The position numbers and the translations under genes are program-made. Below, piece by piece: positions 51,406 through 55,283 of a stretch of 55,283 bases of DNA. Within the stretch, counting starts at the first letter, position 1, and each line of letters begins with the position of its first letter. The notes below the pieces were generated by a model. That model was not told the DNA's origin and searched no databases. It was given only the letters and a program-made list of their open reading frames with translations. The stretch lies in the IMG/VR virus record IMGVR_UViG_3300027736_000059, positions 1 to 55,283 of that record. One strand, written 5' to 3'. This DNA is from a virus. Taxonomy: Duplodnaviria; Caudoviricetes.

Positions 51406-54400
51406 ATGACAGGTTACACTAGAGCAGACTCAGTTAACAATATTGCTGATGGTAATATTATTAATGCGTCAGATTTGGATGGGGAATTTGATGCAGTGCA
51501 AGCTGCTTTTAATAGTTCCACTGGACATGTCCATGATGGCACTGCCGCTAATGGCGCTCCTATTACAAAGATTGGGCCTACACAAGATGTAGTGGCTTCA
51601 GCTACAGCTCTCACACCAAAGACAACAGCCACTGTTGATGTTGGTAGTAGCGCTCTGAAGTTTAAGGATTTCTTCTACAGCGGTGCTGGTAGTGTTACAG
51701 GAACAATTACTGCTGGTGGATTTGCTGGCCCTATCAACGGCACAGTAGGTGCTACGACTCCTGCGGCTGGCGTTTTTACTTCGCTAACAGCTACCACCGC
51801 GATCACACTCAACACCACGACGAACAACCAATCGTACACAACCACTGGTGCTGGCACTATTACTATCTCGTCTGGCACTGCTGGCACTATCAACAACATG
51901 AGCATTGGGGCTACCACTGCTGGTACTGGCAAGTTCACCGCTATTACAAATAGCGCGTTGACATCAGGCCGAATTATATATGCGACCACTGGTGGCCTTG
52001 AGACTGACTCTGCCAACCTTTTGTACAGCGGTACTGACCTGACTGTGTATGGCATCACCGTGGGCCGTGGTGCGGGTGCTGTGGCTACCAATACTGCTGT
52101 TGGTAATGGCGCTTTGTTTTCAAATACATCAGGCGCTTTAAACAGTGCATTTGGCGCTAATGCTTTGCAATCGAATACTACGGGAAACTACAACACTGCC
52201 GCTGGAGCAAGTGATAATTCTTTTGGTAGCGCGTTGTACTCTAATACTTCGGGCGGCAACAACATTGCTTTTGGTAATGGCGCATTAGCAAGAAACACCA
52301 CGGGCAACTATAACGTCGCTGTCGGTATGCAGGCGCTTTCAGCCAACACCACAGCATCTAGCAACACTGCTGTTGGTTACCAAGCCGCTTACACAAACAT
52401 CACAGGTATTCAATACACTGCCGTTGGCGCAAATGCCGCCCGTCTTGCCACGGGAAGCCAAGTTACGGCTGTTGGTGCAAGCGCTTTAACCGCTTTAACT
52501 ACTGGCGTTGAAAACGTGTCCGTAGGCGTGTACTCTGGTGGCGCAATGACAACTGGTGGCTATAACACTGCTGTGGGTGATGACTCTCTGCGCTTTACTA
52601 CTACTGGCTCCAATAATGTAGGCATAGGCTACGCTGCCCTTAACGCCAACACCACAGCCTCATACAACACTGCCGTAGGGCACACGGCAGGGTATAGCAC
52701 CACTACTGGTCAATTTAATACCGCTGTTGGTCAAGAAGCGTTTTATTACAACACTACGGGTTCAAACAATACGGCTATTGGTCGTGATGCCCTTGCCTCT
52801 AGCACCACAGCATCCAACAACACTGCTGTTGGTTATCAGGCGGGGTATAGCAATACCACGGGGACAATTAACCTATATGTCGGTAATGCCGCAGGGTATA
52901 AAACCACCACAGGCGCAGGAAACTCATTTGTTGGCAGTTACGCTACTGGGTACAACAATACCACAGGCGGTCAAAACACAGCACTTGGTCAAGAGGCACT
53001 TGCGCAAAACACCACAGCATCCAACAACACTGCTGTAGGTTTTCAGGCTGGGTACGCAAATACTACAGGCGCTTATTCTGTGTCTGTGGGGGGTCGGGCA
53101 CTGTACACAAATACCACTGGTCAAGAAAACACTGCTGTTGGATATGGCTCTTTGGAATCAAACACCACGGGTCAATACAATGTGGCGCAAGGTTTGTACG
53201 CTTTGCGCTTCAACACCACAGCATCAAACAATACTGCTGTAGGTTATCAGGCTTCGTACTCTCAAACAACAAATGGTTCAAACACAAGTGTAGGATACCA
53301 AGCTCTATACGCAAATACCAACGTAAATAACGTAGCAGTTGGGTACAGAGCAGGATACTCAAACACAACTGGCGATATTGTGGTTGTTGGCAAAGAAGCA
53401 GGTCTTACAAATACGACTGGAAGCTATTTGGTTGCCGTTGGTCGCCAAGCGTTTACTGCAAACACAACAGGCGACCATAACGTGGGCGTGGGTCTTGGCG
53501 CTGGTGGTGCAAATACCACGGGGGCAAACAACACGGCCCTTGGTTCGCAAGCCCTCACATCCAACACCACAGCATCAAACAATACTGCTGTAGGTTATCA
53601 GGCTGGGTATAGCAATACGACGGGTGCAGCAAATGTAGCAATGGGCGCACAGGCGCTGAACACAAACTCAACTGGGCGAGATAATTCAGCATTTGGAGAA
53701 ACGGCACTTGGGCTAAACACCACTGGTTCGTTTAATGCCGCATTTGGCGGGAGAAATACAGGCGGTACTTTATCGGCTCTTGGCTCCAACACCACAGGCT
53801 CATACAACACAGCAACAGGCATAGCCGCATTAGGTTCAAACACCACAGCATCTAACAACACTGCTGTGGGTTATCAGGCTGGGTATAGTAATACTACTGG
53901 TGTATATAACGTATTTGTAGGTCAAGGTGCGGGTCAAAATAGCACTGGCGGTAATAACTGTTTTATTGGGGCAAATGCTGGATCAGGTGTTACAACCGGA
54001 ACCGGAAACACGTTTATTGGTTCTGGGGCAATAAGTGTATTCCCGTCTGGGTTTTACATTACAACCGGCTCCAAAAATTCCATCCTTGGCAACTACAACG
54101 GCAACCAAGGTGGCCTAGACATTCGCACAGCAAGCAACTACATCGTGCTGTCTGATGGGGATGGGAATCCACGGGGTATTTTTGATGATAGCGGTAACTT
54201 TTTGGTGGGAGATACAACTGCTTCTGTGGGACGCGTGCAAATTTCAAACCTTGTTAATGCAGGAATAGAACAAGCGTTAAGAACTAGACTTGGTGCTGGA
54301 TGTAATAACACAACCTCATATCACCTTGTTGCGTCAACAGGCGGATCAGATAAGATATATATCTATGGAAATGGAAACGTAGTTAATGTAAATAACAGCT

Positions 54401-54729
54401 ATGGCGCTCTTTCAGATATAAAGTTAAAAGAAAACATTGTTGATTCAACGCCAAAGTTGGCGCAACTGAACCAAGTTCGTGTTGTCAACTACAACATAGT
54501 TGGTGATAAGCAGAAACAGATTGGTGTTATTGCTCAAGAACTTGAACAAGTTTTTCCGGGGATGGTTGATGAGTCACCCGACCTTGACAAAGAAGGCAAC
54601 GACCTTGGCACGACAACCAAGTCAGTAAAGTACAGTGTGTTTGTTCCCATGCTAATTAAAGCCATCCAAGAACAACAAGCACTTATCACTTCCCTAACCG
54701 CCCGTATCACGGCACTTGAATCAACCTAA
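51406..54729 (+). CDS. Tail fibre with beta-roll repeats and a C-terminal S74 intramolecular chaperone
   Basis: N-terminal anchor GHxHDG, many NTTxxxNTAVGxxA repeats, SDIKLKENI, GVIAQE, PMLIKAIQEQQ. Confidence 0.9.
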   Translation: MTGYTRADSVNNIADGNIINASDLDGEFDAVQAAFNSSTGHVHDGTAANGAPITKIGPTQDVVASATALTPKTTATVDVGSSALKFKDFFYSGAGSVTGTITAGGFAGPINGTVGATTPAAGVFTSLTATTAITLNTTTNNQSYTTTGAGTITISSGTAGTINNMSIGATTAGTGKFTAITNSALTSGRIIYATTGGLETDSANLLYSGTDLTVYGITVGRGAGAVATNTAVGNGALFSNTSGALNSAFGANALQSNTTGNYNTAAGASDNSFGSALYSNTSGGNNIAFGNGALARNTTGNYNVAVGMQALSANTTASSNTAVGYQAAYTNITGIQYTAVGANAARLATGSQVTAVGASALTALTTGVENVSVGVYSGGAMTTGGYNTAVGDDSLRFTTTGSNNVGIGYAALNANTTASYNTAVGHTAGYSTTTGQFNTAVGQEAFYYNTTGSNNTAIGRDALASSTTASNNTAVGYQAGYSNTTGTINLYVGNAAGYKTTTGAGNSFVGSYATGYNNTTGGQNTALGQEALAQNTTASNNTAVGFQAGYANTTGAYSVSVGGRALYTNTTGQENTAVGYGSLESNTTGQYNVAQGLYALRFNTTASNNTAVGYQASYSQTTNGSNTSVGYQALYANTNVNNVAVGYRAGYSNTTGDIVVVGKEAGLTNTTGSYLVAVGRQAFTANTTGDHNVGVGLGAGGANTTGANNTALGSQALTSNTTASNNTAVGYQAGYSNTTGAANVAMGAQALNTNSTGRDNSAFGETALGLNTTGSFNAAFGGRNTGGTLSALGSNTTGSYNTATGIAALGSNTTASNNTAVGYQAGYSNTTGVYNVFVGQGAGQNSTGGNNCFIGANAGSGVTTGTGNTFIGSGAISVFPSGFYITTGSKNSILGNYNGNQGGLDIRTASNYIVLSDGDGNPRGIFDDSGNFLVGDTTASVGRVQISNLVNAGIEQALRTRLGAGCNNTTSYHLVASTGGSDKIYIYGNGNVVNVNNSYGALSDIKLKENIVDSTPKLAQLNQVRVVNYNIVGDKQKQIGVIAQELEQVFPGMVDESPDLDKEGNDLGTTTKSVKYSVFVPMLIKAIQEQQALITSLTARITALEST

Positions 54730-54741
54730 AGGAGCTTAAAA

Positions 54742-54954
54742 ATGGAAATCGAAATTACAGCAGAACAAATTGCCAAGCACTACAGTGCAGCAATGGACAG
54801 CGTAGCCCTCATCAACGGCGGCAAGCCTGAGATGATGTCCGATGAGGAATGGGCTGATTGCCTGTCCAGAAATAAAGAGCATCTGAAGATTATGATCGCA
54901 AAGGACTTCTGGACTACCGAAGACCTGTCGCCTTTGCAAGCAGCATCAGCATAA
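54742..54954 (+). CDS. Small tail-fibre-associated protein
   Basis: IAxHYSAAMDSVxLIN...RNKEHLxIM; AGGAG SD. Confidence 0.65.
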   Translation: MEIEITAEQIAKHYSAAMDSVALINGGKPEMMSDEEWADCLSRNKEHLKIMIAKDFWTTEDLSPLQAASA

Positions 54955-54966
54955 CGGGAAGCCGTA

Positions 54967-55137
54967 ATGAACGAGACTGAAGCACGATTAAATTCACACG
55001 AAGCTGTTTGTGCTGAGAGGTATGAACAGATTAATGTCAGACTAAAAAGATTAGAAGGCATTATGGTGAAAGCCTGTGGTACTTTGTTAGCGGGTATGGC
55101 TGCTATTATATGGTCTTTTCTAACACATGTTAGATGA
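54967..55137 (+). CDS. Small coiled-coil plus TM protein (56 aa, not in the ORF track)
   Basis: MNETEARLNSHEAVCAERYEQI...C-terminal TM helix; ATGA overlap with the next gene. Confidence 0.7.
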   Translation: MNETEARLNSHEAVCAERYEQINVRLKRLEGIMVKACGTLLAGMAAIIWSFLTHVR

Positions 55138-55283
55138 GATATATAGTAGTATTCTTAATACTAGTAACTCTAGTATATGGAGCTACGCCTAAGCCTACTT
55201 GTAGTGCTTCTGACTTTGCTAATGTTGCATACTCTACGAATAACCCCAAAGAAAGAAAAGAGATAACAGAAAAATGGTTGGAT
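55134..55283 (+). CDS. 5' part of the junction-spanning secreted/membrane protein
   Basis: MRYIVVFLILVTLVYGA signal-like N-terminus; continues at the window start. Confidence 0.75.
   Translation, partial: MRYIVVFLILVTLVYGATPKPTCSASDFANVAYSTNNPKERKEITEKWLD
55152..55283. repeat. Terminal overlap (circular assembly), copy 2
   Basis: Matches 1-131 apart from one extra A. Confidence 0.95.

Noticed and set aside
52000-54100. Tail-fibre repeats as a diversity-generating retroelement
   Set aside because: No reverse transcriptase and no non-coding template repeat with adenine-specific differences.
1-55283. Identity with phage HMO-2011 (similar ~55 kb size, from memory), or a T7-like autographivirus
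   Set aside because: The polymerase lacks the DnaJ-like CxxCxGxG insert, and there is no single-subunit RNA polymerase gene.
1-55283. Stop-codon reassignment
   Set aside because: Core genes are full length under the standard code, coding density is high, and the only tRNA is not a suppressor.

Overview
This window is a near-complete dsDNA tailed-phage genome of about 55.15 kb, assembled as a circle. Positions 6-131 are repeated exactly at 55158-55283, and one gene runs across the junction. The phage looks like a podovirus and has two divergent arms separated by a ~1.3 kb non-coding control region (about 33830-35130). The minus arm (33.6 to 12.6 kb) holds about 30 small early genes, an ADP-ribosylglycohydrolase, a tyrosine integrase, a T7-like primase-helicase, DNA polymerase A, SSB, exonuclease, HNH nuclease, a thyX remnant, a class II ribonucleotide reductase and tRNA-Arg(UCU). 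The plus arm (35.1 kb to the end, then 1-12.6 kb) holds a cluster of small basic proteins, terminase, portal, a Hint-domain protein, scaffold, capsid, tail tubular proteins, a tail fibre with an S74 chaperone, the lysis cassette and three large internal/ejection proteins. No RNA polymerase or CI-like repressor is recognisable. The morphogenesis arm resembles HMO-2011-type phages, and the regulatory motifs suggest a beta- or gammaproteobacterial host (inference). The strongest leads are: (1) a [MFYL]-A-x-G-G motif shared by five late proteins, plus a tape-measure-like GEFV domain with a terminal Hint domain at the usual prohead-protease position, which may form a virion-protein processing or targeting system; (2) an ART-like domain in the giant ejection protein alongside an early ADP-ribosyl hydrolase; (3) a 14-bp TTCCTGAAAGGAAA element joining early genes; (4) a two-copy structured RNA candidate; (5) rrn-like boxA, LexA and DnaA boxes in the control regions. 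All family assignments come from motif recognition by eye, with no database search.
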